From Acidobacteriota bacterium (GTDB lineage Bacteria > Acidobacteriota > UBA6911 > RPQK01 > JAJDTT01), in assembly GCA_965217775.1 (NCBI GenBank), contig CBDCJH010000002.1, forward strand, positions 3,776,001-3,840,000: 64,000 nucleotides of DNA. The letters are read 5' to 3'. The notes beneath the pieces are model-generated. The model searched no databases. It worked only from the letters and a program-made list of their open reading frames with translations, and was not told the origin of the DNA. Below, piece by piece: positions 26,685 through 36,243 of this stretch. Numbering within the stretch: the first letter of the stretch is position 1; every line of letters starts with the position of its first letter. A program made the position numbers and the translations under genes.

Positions 26685-29570
26685 CTACCAAAAAGGCGAA
26701 AGAGGGCGCCGGAGCGGCAGGACGGGCAGGGTCGTGAAGATCCGGTTGTCGGCGTCCATCTCCAGGGCCACTCCGGTGAACTTTTCGTCCCCCGGAGTGG
26801 TGCAGCGCACCGTCCCCGTGAAGTCGGTGGTGTCGGTTCGGGTAAACCACTGATCGATGAACCCGGCCGTCTGCCCGTTTCCTGGCAGCGGGATCTCCAT
26901 TTCTTCCAGCACCGTTCCGTCCCGCATCAATTGACAGTCCACCTGGATCGGGTCCAAGGCCGGGTTGTGGATGGCCGCTCCCGTGTTGATCCCGCCCGCC
27001 CTCCGGCGGACGGGAAAGATCGCGTCCCGGACCGACTCTGCGGCGCCGACGCCGGCCACGCCGACCGAGGAAACGTCGAAGCGCAGAACACCGCCGATGA
27101 AGCCGTCGGCGACGACTCTCACCGATCCGGTCACCAGCTCCCCGCGGCCGTGGGTCGAGAGCGCCACCTCTCCCAAGCCCTGAACGCTTGCCCGCATGAT
27201 CAGACCGCCGTCCTGCCGCACTTGGAGATTCTCTCCCAGATCCACCACCGATTCGGGATCGATGAGATTTCCCTGCTGGTCGTAGAAATGGATCACGGGA
27301 CGGACCGGAGAATAGCTCGTGTTGACCAACACCAGGTCGGAGGTGATGGAAGACCCATTGGCGAAATGAGGGAAATACAGAAATACGGAGTCTCGTGGGC
27401 GACCCCTGGGAACGTTCACCACCGGCAAAGTGGTGAAGATCCTGTTGCCGGCATCCATCTCGAACGCCACCCCCGTGAAGTTTCCCCGGCAGCGCAGCGA
27501 CCCCGTGAAATCGGTCGTGTCGGTCTCGGTGAACCACTCATCGATGAACCGTGCTTCCTGCCCATTGGCATTGAATTGCAGTCGCACCTGTTCATACACG
27601 CTGCCCTGTTGCATCAATTGGCATGTGACATCGATCGAACCGTCGCCCAGATAGCGGATCGCAGCCCCGGTGTTGATGGCTCCCTCCTGTCGTCGCACCG
27701 GGAAGATGGCGTCGCGGAGGGGTCGGCTGGACCCGACGCCCGCCACCCCGATCCCCGGGGCGTCGAAACGCAGGACTCCGCCGATGGGGCCGTCGGCCAC
27801 GACCCGCGCAGATCCGGTCACCAGTTCCCCGCGGCCGTGGGTCGAAATCGTGACTTCTCCCAACGGCTCCACGTCGGTCCGGATCGTCAGAGCCCCGTCA
27901 CCTCGAACCTCCAGGTTCCCGCCAGCGTCCACCACCGACTCGGCAGCGATGGGATCCCCCTCCTGGTCGAAAAAGTGGAAGGAGGGACGGATCGGCTCGG
28001 TTCCGACGTTCACGATCACCAACTCGGAAGTGATGGACGACCCGTTGGCGAAATGGGCGAAGTCCAGGGCAAGCGGTTCCCATAGCGTCAGCGGCATGGG
28101 GGATCGGACGAGCGTGTAACCGTAATGGGGCAAGGGTCTTGTCGGAAGCCGCTGGATGTCCGCGGTCACGGCCGCGGCGGCATCGCGAGCCCGCGACACC
28201 GAACGGGCCGGGCTTTCCGTTGCCCCCCTGGGAATGATAAGCCGCCGTGAACCCCCTTCGATGATGACACCGCTGGTCAAGAGGATGGAAAGTTCGATAT
28301 CGAATGGGGCTCCAGTCGGCGCTCGGGCCTGGAACCGGCCCGGCTCCACCCATTCCAGGAGAACGGGAACGGGCAAGGGGTCGACGGGATTCCCGTCCAG
28401 GGAGATCCATTCCAAGGAAACCAGGCCGGAGAACAACCCGTCCGGCAAGCTCTTCAATTGGTTCCCGTACAGCCGGAGCGCTTTCAGTACCGAAAGACCG
28501 GAGAATATCCCGTCCGGAAAGCTCTCCCGGCTCAAGTTGTTGGCATTCAGATTGAGCTCCCGCAGCGAGGAAAGGCCGGCAAAGAGGCCCGGTGGCAGAC
28601 TGCTCATTTGGTTTCCACCCAGGTACAACCCCTTCAGAGAGGAAAGTTCCGAGAAGAGTCCCTCCTGCAGAGCGGTGAGTTGGTTCTTGTCCAGCCGGAG
28701 CAGCTCCAATGCGGACAGACCCGAGAAGATTCCCGACGGCAAACTGCTCAACTGATTCGTGTCCAGATAGAGCCCCTGAAGTGCGGGGAGATCGGCGAAC
28801 GCCCGGTCCGGCAGGTTCGTCAGTTCATTGTATTCCAGGAAGAGTTGCTGCAAGGAGGTCAGCCCGGAGAAGATCCCTTCCGGCAGGCTGGTGAGTCGGT
28901 TTTGCGCCACCGAGACTCCTTGCAGGGAGGTGAGTCCGGAAAAGGTGCCGGCCGGCAAGGCACTCAGATTGTTCCAGGCCAGATGAATTGCTTCCAGGGA
29001 CGACAACCCGGTGAAGATCCCCTCCGGCAGATCGATTATGGAATTGCGATACAGGAGGAGTACCCGGAGTGAAGACAGTTCGGAGAAGGCGCCCTCCGGC
29101 AGGGTCGTCAGGCGGTTGTATTGCAGCAGGATCTGCTGCAGTGCCGGAAGCCCGGAAAAGATCCCTTCCGGCAGGCTGGTCAGATTATTCCGGGCCAAGT
29201 CGATCTCTCGCAGCGACGTCAGTCCCGAGAAATCGCCCGCCTTCAATTCCGAGATGATGTCCGGACGGGTTTCCCGCTCATTGACCGGTACCGACAAGAT
29301 GTCTTGCGGTCCTCGCAGATTCAGGATCTCTTCGATCCCGGCCAGATGCGCTGCGGTCACGTCGGCGCAATCGCTCACCTCGGGTACCAGGGTCACGATC
29401 TCGTCGCGCACCCGGGGCGTCCGGTCGCAGACCGGAGTCACACCGTTCGCTTGAGCAACCGCTTGCATCGGCAGGGCCGCCAGCAGGAACAGGGCCCACG
29501 CTGCCGGCGGGAGATTGGATTCGGATCTCCTCTGGGGACGATGCGGATCTGTCGAGGGGTGCGTTGTCAT
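26685..29570 (-). CDS. Exported leucine-rich-repeat protein (12 LRRs of about 24 aa) with two tandem ~205-aa C-terminal domains
   Basis: RBS GGAGG, signal peptide ending AVA-Q, Cys cap VCDRTPRVRDEIV...CADVT, LxxLPxGIFSGLxSLxxLxLxxN repeats, duplicated FAHFANGSSITS...IFTTLPV domain. Confidence 0.9.
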   Translation of the reverse strand: MTTHPSTDPHRPQRRSESNLPPAAWALFLLAALPMQAVAQANGVTPVCDRTPRVRDEIVTLVPEVSDCADVTAAHLAGIEEILNLRGPQDILSVPVNERETRPDIISELKAGDFSGLTSLREIDLARNNLTSLPEGIFSGLPALQQILLQYNRLTTLPEGAFSELSSLRVLLLYRNSIIDLPEGIFTGLSSLEAIHLAWNNLSALPAGTFSGLTSLQGVSVAQNRLTSLPEGIFSGLTSLQQLFLEYNELTNLPDRAFADLPALQGLYLDTNQLSSLPSGIFSGLSALELLRLDKNQLTALQEGLFSELSSLKGLYLGGNQMSSLPPGLFAGLSSLRELNLNANNLSRESFPDGIFSGLSVLKALRLYGNQLKSLPDGLFSGLVSLEWISLDGNPVDPLPVPVLLEWVEPGRFQARAPTGAPFDIELSILLTSGVIIEGGSRRLIIPRGATESPARSVSRARDAAAAVTADIQRLPTRPLPHYGYTLVRSPMPLTLWEPLALDFAHFANGSSITSELVIVNVGTEPIRPSFHFFDQEGDPIAAESVVDAGGNLEVRGDGALTIRTDVEPLGEVTISTHGRGELVTGSARVVADGPIGGVLRFDAPGIGVAGVGSSRPLRDAIFPVRRQEGAINTGAAIRYLGDGSIDVTCQLMQQGSVYEQVRLQFNANGQEARFIDEWFTETDTTDFTGSLRCRGNFTGVAFEMDAGNRIFTTLPVVNVPRGRPRDSVFLYFPHFANGSSITSDLVLVNTSYSPVRPVIHFYDQQGNLIDPESVVDLGENLQVRQDGGLIMRASVQGLGEVALSTHGRGELVTGSVRVVADGFIGGVLRFDVSSVGVAGVGAAESVRDAIFPVRRRAGGINTGAAIHNPALDPIQVDCQLMRDGTVLEEMEIPLPGNGQTAGFIDQWFTRTDTTDFTGTVRCTTPGDEKFTGVALEMDADNRIFTTLPVLPLRRPLSPFW

Positions 29571-29639
29571 TTGGTGTCTGTCCTCCGGCACGAAGCTCCA
29601 GCGTTCGGTCAACTTCCAGGTTCCGGTAGCGCTGGCAAG

Positions 29640-32351
29640 TCACCTGCGGACCGGAACCATCGGCAGCGTCGTCAAGATCCGGTTTCGAACGTCCATCTCC
29701 AGCGCCACTCCGGTGAAGGTTTCGTCGTCCGGTGCCGTACAACGCACCGACCCCACGAAGTCGGACTTCTTCGGCCCGTCGAACAACTCGTCAACGAAGA
29801 GTGCCGCCTGACCGTTCGTCATCAAGGGGATGAATTTCTCTTCCAGGACCATGCCGCCTTGCAGCAGCCGGCACGTCACCTCCGACGCGGTCGCTCCCCG
29901 GTTGCGGATGGCAACCCCCGTCCGGATGCCCCCCAAGCGGTTCCGGGCCGGAAAGAGGGCGTCCTGAACCGGTTGACTGGCTCCCACTCCGGCAACACCG
30001 ATCTCGGGGATGTCGAACCGCAGGAATCCACCCACCGGACCGTCAGCCACGACTTCCACCGATCCGTTCACCAGGTCTCCCCGCCCGTGGGTCGAAATGG
30101 TGAGTTCTCCCAGGGGAGCCACGGCCGTCCGCACGGTCAGGGCCCCGTCGGCTCGGACCTGAAACCGGTCCCCAAGGTCCACCACCGATGCCGGGGCTAT
30201 GGGTTTGCCCCCATAGTCATGGAAATAGACGGCGGGGCGGATCGGCCGTGCGGCCACGTTCACGAACGCCAGTTCGGAGGAGAAGGAGGAACCGTTGGCG
30301 AAGTGGGCGAAATAGAGGTGCGTGTAGTCTTGATTCCGCTTCTGCGGAACGGAAACCACGGGCAAAGTCGTGAATATGGCCCGTTCGAAATCCATCTCCA
30401 GGGCGACTCCGGCGAAAGACGCCTCGACGGGCGCGCCGCAGCGTACGGATCCCACAAAGTTCAAGGTGTCGGTCCCGGGGAACAGCTCGTTGATGAACAG
30501 AGCCGCCTGTCCGTTCGCCTCCAACGGGATTTCCGCCTCTTCCAGCACGTCGGCCTCTTGCATCAATTGACACGTTACCGTGATGGGGTCCTCTCCCAGG
30601 TTGCGGATCGCCGCACCGGTGTTGATGCCTCCCTCGTTGCGGCGCACCGGGAAGACGGCGTCCCGTAGGGGTCGGCTGGACCCGACGCCCGCCACGCCGA
30701 TCCCGGGGGCATTGAAGCGCAGGACTCCGCCGATGGGGCCGTCGGCTGCGACCCGCGCCGATCCTCTGACCAGTTCCCCGCGGCCGTGAGTCGAAATCGT
30801 CAGCTCTCCCAGCGGCTCCACCGCCGTCCGGACGCTCAGAACCCCGTCTCCTTGGACCTCCATATCTCCCGTGACGTCCACCACCAATTCGGCATCGATG
30901 AGATCGCCCGCCTTGTCGTAGAACTGGACGGAGGGGCGAATCGGCTGGGTTCCGACGTTCACGATCACCAAGTCGGACATGATGGAGGATCCGTTGGCGA
31001 AGTGAGCGAAGTCCAGGGATTGCGACTCCCACACCGCCAGCGGCAGGGGAGAACGAATGAGGACGTAGCCGTAGTGGGGTCCGGGGCGTCTGGGGAGACC
31101 CGCAATCTCGACGGTGACGGCAGCAGCGATATCGGGACTCCGGGAGACCGAAAAGACGGGGCTTTCCGTGTGGCCCTTGGGAATCGTTATGCGGGGTGAA
31201 TCCCCTTCGATCGCGGAACCCGCGGACAGTTCGAGAGCCAGCTCGATCTCGTAGGGGGCGCCGGTCGGGGCCCGGGCCCGGAATCGGCCCGGTTCCACCC
31301 ATTCCAGGGAAACGGGAACCAGCAAGGGGTCGCCGGGATTGGCGGCCAGGTTCAACCAATTCAGGGAGGTCAGGCCCGAGAGGATCCCGTCCGGCAGTCG
31401 CCGGAGTTGATTCTGATGCAACCGGAGTTCGTAAAGGGAGGACAGGCCGGAGAAAACCCTCGCCGGCAAGTGGCTCAGACGATTCCCCGCCAGGTAGAGA
31501 CGGATCATCGAGGAGGATCCGGAGAAGATCCCTTCCGGCAGGGTGGCCAGTCGATTCCATTCGATCCGGAGCCATTCCAGCGAGGTGAGACCCGCGAAGA
31601 GGCCTTCCGGCAGGCGGCTGAGTTCGTTGCCGTCGAGCCAGAGCCAGCGGAGCGAGGAGAGCCCTGCGAAAACCCCCGGCGGCAGGCGGCTCAGCCGGTT
31701 GCGGTCCAGACTGAGCACCACCAGGGCGGGGAGCCCGGTGAAGGTCCCCTCCGGAAGTGTGTTCATCCGATTGTCATTCAGATAAAGAACCTGGAGCGAC
31801 GAGAGGCCGGAGAAAATCCCCTCCGGCAGGGTGGTCAGCTTGTTGTCCCGTAGGCTGAGACTCGAGAGAGACGAGAGACCGGAGAAGATGCCCTCCGGAA
31901 GGCTGCTCGTTTGATTGCTGACGATCGAAAGAGACAGTAGCGCCGCGAGCCCGGAGAATATTCCCTTCGGAAGGGTGGACAATTCATTCCGGCCGATGAT
32001 GATCGATCTCAGCGAAGTCAGGCCGGAAAAATCCCCTTCCTTCAACTCCTTGATAGGATCCGGGTAGCCAACGAAAAAGCCGTTGAAGGGACCGTAAAGA
32101 CTGAGGGAACCTTGAAACGCAGCCAGATGCTCCTCAGTCACATCGGCGCAATCGCTTACCCCTGGAATCCTTCTCACAATTTCGTCTCGGACTTCCGGAG
32201 TCCGGTCGCAAACCGGAGTCACCCCGGGCATCTGGGCCATGGCCGGCACCGGGGCGGCCAATAGCAGGAACATGCCCAGGGTCGCGGCCGAAAAGAGAGA
32301 CTGGGATCCCATGCGGGAAAGATGAGGAGTCCGTGGGGGGTGGGTCAACAT
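29640..32351 (-). CDS. Exported leucine-rich-repeat protein (10 LRRs of 24 aa), paralog of 26685-29570
   Basis: Same VCDRT cap, linker (VSLEWVEPGRFRARAPTGAP) and duplicated C-terminal domain. Confidence 0.9.
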   Translation of the reverse strand: MLTHPPRTPHLSRMGSQSLFSAATLGMFLLLAAPVPAMAQMPGVTPVCDRTPEVRDEIVRRIPGVSDCADVTEEHLAAFQGSLSLYGPFNGFFVGYPDPIKELKEGDFSGLTSLRSIIIGRNELSTLPKGIFSGLAALLSLSIVSNQTSSLPEGIFSGLSSLSSLSLRDNKLTTLPEGIFSGLSSLQVLYLNDNRMNTLPEGTFTGLPALVVLSLDRNRLSRLPPGVFAGLSSLRWLWLDGNELSRLPEGLFAGLTSLEWLRIEWNRLATLPEGIFSGSSSMIRLYLAGNRLSHLPARVFSGLSSLYELRLHQNQLRRLPDGILSGLTSLNWLNLAANPGDPLLVPVSLEWVEPGRFRARAPTGAPYEIELALELSAGSAIEGDSPRITIPKGHTESPVFSVSRSPDIAAAVTVEIAGLPRRPGPHYGYVLIRSPLPLAVWESQSLDFAHFANGSSIMSDLVIVNVGTQPIRPSVQFYDKAGDLIDAELVVDVTGDMEVQGDGVLSVRTAVEPLGELTISTHGRGELVRGSARVAADGPIGGVLRFNAPGIGVAGVGSSRPLRDAVFPVRRNEGGINTGAAIRNLGEDPITVTCQLMQEADVLEEAEIPLEANGQAALFINELFPGTDTLNFVGSVRCGAPVEASFAGVALEMDFERAIFTTLPVVSVPQKRNQDYTHLYFAHFANGSSFSSELAFVNVAARPIRPAVYFHDYGGKPIAPASVVDLGDRFQVRADGALTVRTAVAPLGELTISTHGRGDLVNGSVEVVADGPVGGFLRFDIPEIGVAGVGASQPVQDALFPARNRLGGIRTGVAIRNRGATASEVTCRLLQGGMVLEEKFIPLMTNGQAALFVDELFDGPKKSDFVGSVRCTAPDDETFTGVALEMDVRNRILTTLPMVPVRR

Positions 32352-32674
32352 GTGATTTCGGTCCTCCGAGGGGGGGCGGCCCTGCTCAGAGAGGCGGGAG
32401 GATCCTCCGAGCAGCATTTCAGCACGTTCGCGTTACTCAATAGGATGCGGGAATTGTCGATCATTTTGAACCGTACGGATTTCTCACGGGTTCTGAACCA
32501 CCGTCGCCGTGGTGTTCCCGCACGTCTCGTGTTTCGGGCATTGTCCTGCAGTTGCACCGCGATGCTCACAAAAGGGAATGTGAGTTTTCCGTCCGAAATG
32601 GCTCACCGAATCTCAAATTCATAGAAGCGCTCCCACCGGTTGGCGTCCGGCGAAGTCCCGGAAGGAAAAGGAGG

Positions 32675-32785
32675 GGAGCGGCGGTTTCCAACCGCCGAAC
32701 TCCCAAAGGGGCATGGGGGCAGGAGAGCATGGGGGAATGAGCGTAGGGGGGAACGGAAGAAGGGGGGACTACAAGTCCCCCCTCC
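32675..32785. repeat. GGAG-type REP-like doublet
   Basis: GGAG-CGGCGGTT-tcc-AACCGCCG-aac ... GGGGGACT-aca-AGTCCCCC-CTCC. Confidence 0.65.
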
Positions 32786-32991
32786 GGCGCCTGGAAATCG
32801 GGGATCGATTCTGTAAGACTGAGTTTTTTCTCAAGACTGTACGCTACCAATGAGCGCCACGGAGCCAACCCGGGACCTATCCAACCGGGAGTTCTGCCAG
32901 GTTCCCCATAACTCTGGAGTCCGCATCCCTTGGGCCATCATTCCCCTGCCACCCGGGATGGCCTGGTTGATTCGATCGGGAGTGTCACGTC

Positions 32992-35900
32992 ATGCCGAAT
33001 AAGAGCTTTATCCGTTCTTGTCTTCCTGGCTTCGGGCGCTCTCTGCGTCAACCGGGAACCGCGGCCGCGCTGCTGCTGGCCGGCACCGTGCTGCTCCCCG
33101 CCCAGACCGACACCGGCACCATCCGCGGCTACGTCTACGATGAGACCCGGGCCGTCCTCCCCGGCGTCACCGTCACGGCCACCTACCAGGGCCGGGGCGT
33201 GATCCGGGACACCCTCACTTCAGATGTCGGCGAGTATGTTCTGAGCCGAGTCGATCCCGGCCTCTACACGCTCCGCTTCGAACTGCCCGGGTTCGCTCCC
33301 TTCGTAGTCCAGGATCTGGAGGTACTCGTAGGAGAGACCCAGACCTTCTCTCCGGAGATCGTGGTGGCCGCCGAGGAGATCGTCATCACGGCGGAGGCAA
33401 GGCGGATCGCCGTCGCCCGCGACAAGACCCAGCAGTCCAACCATATCGACTCGGCCAGCATCGAGGACCTCCCCATCAACCGCCGCGACTACCTGGACCT
33501 GGCCCTTCTCACGCCTGGAGTCGTGGACTCGAACTACGTGGCCGACGATCGTGACTTCCGCATCGCCCCGACACCCGCGTCCGGACTCGGCATCGGAGGG
33601 GGGGCCGGACGCGGCAACACCTTCACCATCGACGGACTGAACAACAACTACTCCACCGGCAGCGTTCGTTCCTCCATCAGCCAGGACGCGGTGCAGGAGT
33701 TTCAGGTCAACCGCAATTCATTCTCCGCGGAATTGGGCGGAGCGCCCGGCGGAGCCATCAACATCGTCACCAAGGGGGGCACCAACGATTTCCGGGGATC
33801 CGTCTTCGGAGTGCTCCGCAACCGCCGATTCCAGGCCCGCAACCACTTCGATCCGGCCGAGTCAGCCTACACCCGGGCTCAGAGCGGGGGGGCCTTCGGC
33901 GGTCCCATCCTGCGGGGAACGACGTTTTTCTACACCGCCTACGAACGCCTCGACCGCCACGAGTCGTCGTTCGTTCCGTTGCTCCGTGACAAGTCGTTTC
34001 TGTACGAACTGACGCCCTCGCAACAGGCTCTGGCCGACGGGATCGCCAGCGACTCGGCTCCACCCGCATTTGCGCCGCTGGCTCCGTTGGTCGGGTACCT
34101 TGCGGAGGCCCTGGTTCCGGGAAACTATCCCCACGTGGTTCGTCTGTTCGAAAGCAACAGCGGGGTGTTTCCGTTCTCGGAGGAACGGCAGCAGTTCATA
34201 ACCCGAGTCGACCACGCCATAGGGTCGGCGCACAAACTCTTCTTGCGGGGCAATTGGACGGGACTGAACAGCCAGAATACCAGCTTCGGTTCGTTGATCG
34301 CCCGCGACCGGGGCCGGAACAACGACCTGAACGATTTCTCGCTCGCAGTCGGCAACGCCTCGGTGATCAGCCCGGAGTGGATCAGCGAAACCTGGCTGGG
34401 GATCGGATACCACGACTTCGGCGTCTATCCCACCGACCCGCATGGACCCTCCATCGACATCAACGGATTCGGCTATTTCGGACGGGACCTCATCCTGCCG
34501 ACCCGGAACGTGGAACGGACGGGGCAGGCGCGGCAGAACTTCACGTACGTCTCCGGCCGGCATTCGGTCAAATTCGGCGCCGATTACAATCCACTGTACG
34601 ACCGGGCGCGGTCCGAAACCTTCTTCAGCGGGAAGTTCGTCTTTGGAGAGGCCATCCCGCTTTCGGTTCTGATCGACCAAGGGGCCGGGTACACCGTCGC
34701 CCCATTGCTCAAGGATCTGTTCAATTCGGTCGGGCGGCCCCAAATGGCTGCGGCGGTCGATGCTCCCATCTCCTCACTGCAGGCCTATGCGCTCGGCCTG
34801 CCCCTGGTCTACCAGCAGGGTTTCGGCGATCCTTTCTATAGCGGTTGGGCCCACACCTACGGCTTCTTCGTCGAGGACTCGTGGCGGGTCCATCAGAACT
34901 TCCTGCTGACCCTGGGGCTGCGCTACGAGCTCTTCCGCAAGGCGGATTTCCCCCGGGACAACAACAACTTCGGTCCCCGAATGGGATTTGCCTGGAGTCC
35001 CGATGCCAAGACCGTGATCCGAGGCGGCTACGGGATCTTCCACGCCCGGATCGACGGCCACGTCACCTTCATCAACGACCTGCTGGGAGAAAACGTCCAC
35101 CAGATCATTCAGGTCTTCATCCCTCTGAACGGCATCCCGGGAGTCAACAGCGCACTGACCGGAGAGCCCCTCAACTCGGCGGAAATCTACCATACGCTCT
35201 TGAACCGCGGCGTTCTGGGCCAGCGGCAGATCATGGCCGAGGACCTGGCCCTCCATGGATTCGTTCCGACTCCCGGACTGCCCTTTCACGTCCGGTTCCA
35301 GATCGCCGACGACATGGTGAATCCCTACTCCCAACAGGCGAGCCTCGAGATCCAGAGAGAGGCGGGAGGATTCGCCCTGTCGGCCGGATACAACTTCAAC
35401 CGGGGCGTCCACATCGTCCGTCCGCTTGACGTCAACCCCTACCAAGCCGGAACCAATGCCCTGGGACGCCCCATCATCGGTTTTCACAATCCAATCATCT
35501 TGCAGGACAACATCTACGGCAGTTGGTCCAATTCCTTCTACCACGCCCTGATCCTGCAACTGGAGAAACGCTTCTCGGAGGGTTTCCTGATCTCGGCGCA
35601 TCACACCTGGAGCAAGGCGATGGACGAGATCACCGATTACAACACCTCGTTCCAGCCGCATTTGCAATGGGACGCCGCGTCGGAATTGGCCTTGTCCTCC
35701 TACCATCGCGGGCACCGGTTCGTCGTCCGCTCCATGGCCCAGCTTCCCTGGAAGGCCGGCCGGGGAAAGGGCTTCGTCGACAACCTGCTCGGGGATCTCA
35801 CGATCTCCGGGATTGTCACGGCGCGCTCGTTCGCCCCGTTCAATCTCAATACGGGCTATGACAACGTCGGGGACCGCCACAACGACACCCACCGGCCCTG

Positions 35901-36189
35901 GGGCGTGGGCCGCAACGTGGGCATCGGACCCAACTTCTTCAGCGCCGACCTGCGCCTGAAGCGCCGGATCTCCGTCTTGGAGGACCTGAGCGTGGATGTC
36001 GTGGTCGAAGGATTCAACCTGCTCAACCGCACCAATTTCAAGCACGTCAACGGCACCGTCGGCCCGCTCACGCTGGAGCAGCTTCCGTCCTCGTACAAAG
36101 GGCGGCGGGGGCCGGTGACGGAGCCGTTCTCCTACACGTCGGCGTTCGCGCCGAGGCAGTTCCAGTTCTCTCTCCGCGTCAATTTCTAG
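32992..36189 (+). CDS. TonB-dependent receptor, Oar-like
   Basis: GYVYDETRAVLPGV, LPINRRDYLDLALLTPGV, FVEDSWRV, LTLGLRYE and C-terminal QFQFSLRVNF. Confidence 0.93.
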   Translation: MPNKSFIRSCLPGFGRSLRQPGTAAALLLAGTVLLPAQTDTGTIRGYVYDETRAVLPGVTVTATYQGRGVIRDTLTSDVGEYVLSRVDPGLYTLRFELPGFAPFVVQDLEVLVGETQTFSPEIVVAAEEIVITAEARRIAVARDKTQQSNHIDSASIEDLPINRRDYLDLALLTPGVVDSNYVADDRDFRIAPTPASGLGIGGGAGRGNTFTIDGLNNNYSTGSVRSSISQDAVQEFQVNRNSFSAELGGAPGGAINIVTKGGTNDFRGSVFGVLRNRRFQARNHFDPAESAYTRAQSGGAFGGPILRGTTFFYTAYERLDRHESSFVPLLRDKSFLYELTPSQQALADGIASDSAPPAFAPLAPLVGYLAEALVPGNYPHVVRLFESNSGVFPFSEERQQFITRVDHAIGSAHKLFLRGNWTGLNSQNTSFGSLIARDRGRNNDLNDFSLAVGNASVISPEWISETWLGIGYHDFGVYPTDPHGPSIDINGFGYFGRDLILPTRNVERTGQARQNFTYVSGRHSVKFGADYNPLYDRARSETFFSGKFVFGEAIPLSVLIDQGAGYTVAPLLKDLFNSVGRPQMAAAVDAPISSLQAYALGLPLVYQQGFGDPFYSGWAHTYGFFVEDSWRVHQNFLLTLGLRYELFRKADFPRDNNNFGPRMGFAWSPDAKTVIRGGYGIFHARIDGHVTFINDLLGENVHQIIQVFIPLNGIPGVNSALTGEPLNSAEIYHTLLNRGVLGQRQIMAEDLALHGFVPTPGLPFHVRFQIADDMVNPYSQQASLEIQREAGGFALSAGYNFNRGVHIVRPLDVNPYQAGTNALGRPIIGFHNPIILQDNIYGSWSNSFYHALILQLEKRFSEGFLISAHHTWSKAMDEITDYNTSFQPHLQWDAASELALSSYHRGHRFVVRSMAQLPWKAGRGKGFVDNLLGDLTISGIVTARSFAPFNLNTGYDNVGDRHNDTHRPWGVGRNVGIGPNFFSADLRLKRRISVLEDLSVDVVVEGFNLLNRTNFKHVNGTVGPLTLEQLPSSYKGRRGPVTEPFSYTSAFAPRQFQFSLRVNF

Positions 36190-36243
36190 GGGGACAGGGG
36201 CGGTGGCTTTCTCGCCGCCGAACTCCCAATGGGGGAATAGGCA

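Noticed and set aside
32790-32991. Riboswitch upstream of the second TonB receptor
   Set aside because: No recognisable cobalamin, TPP or other conserved boxes.
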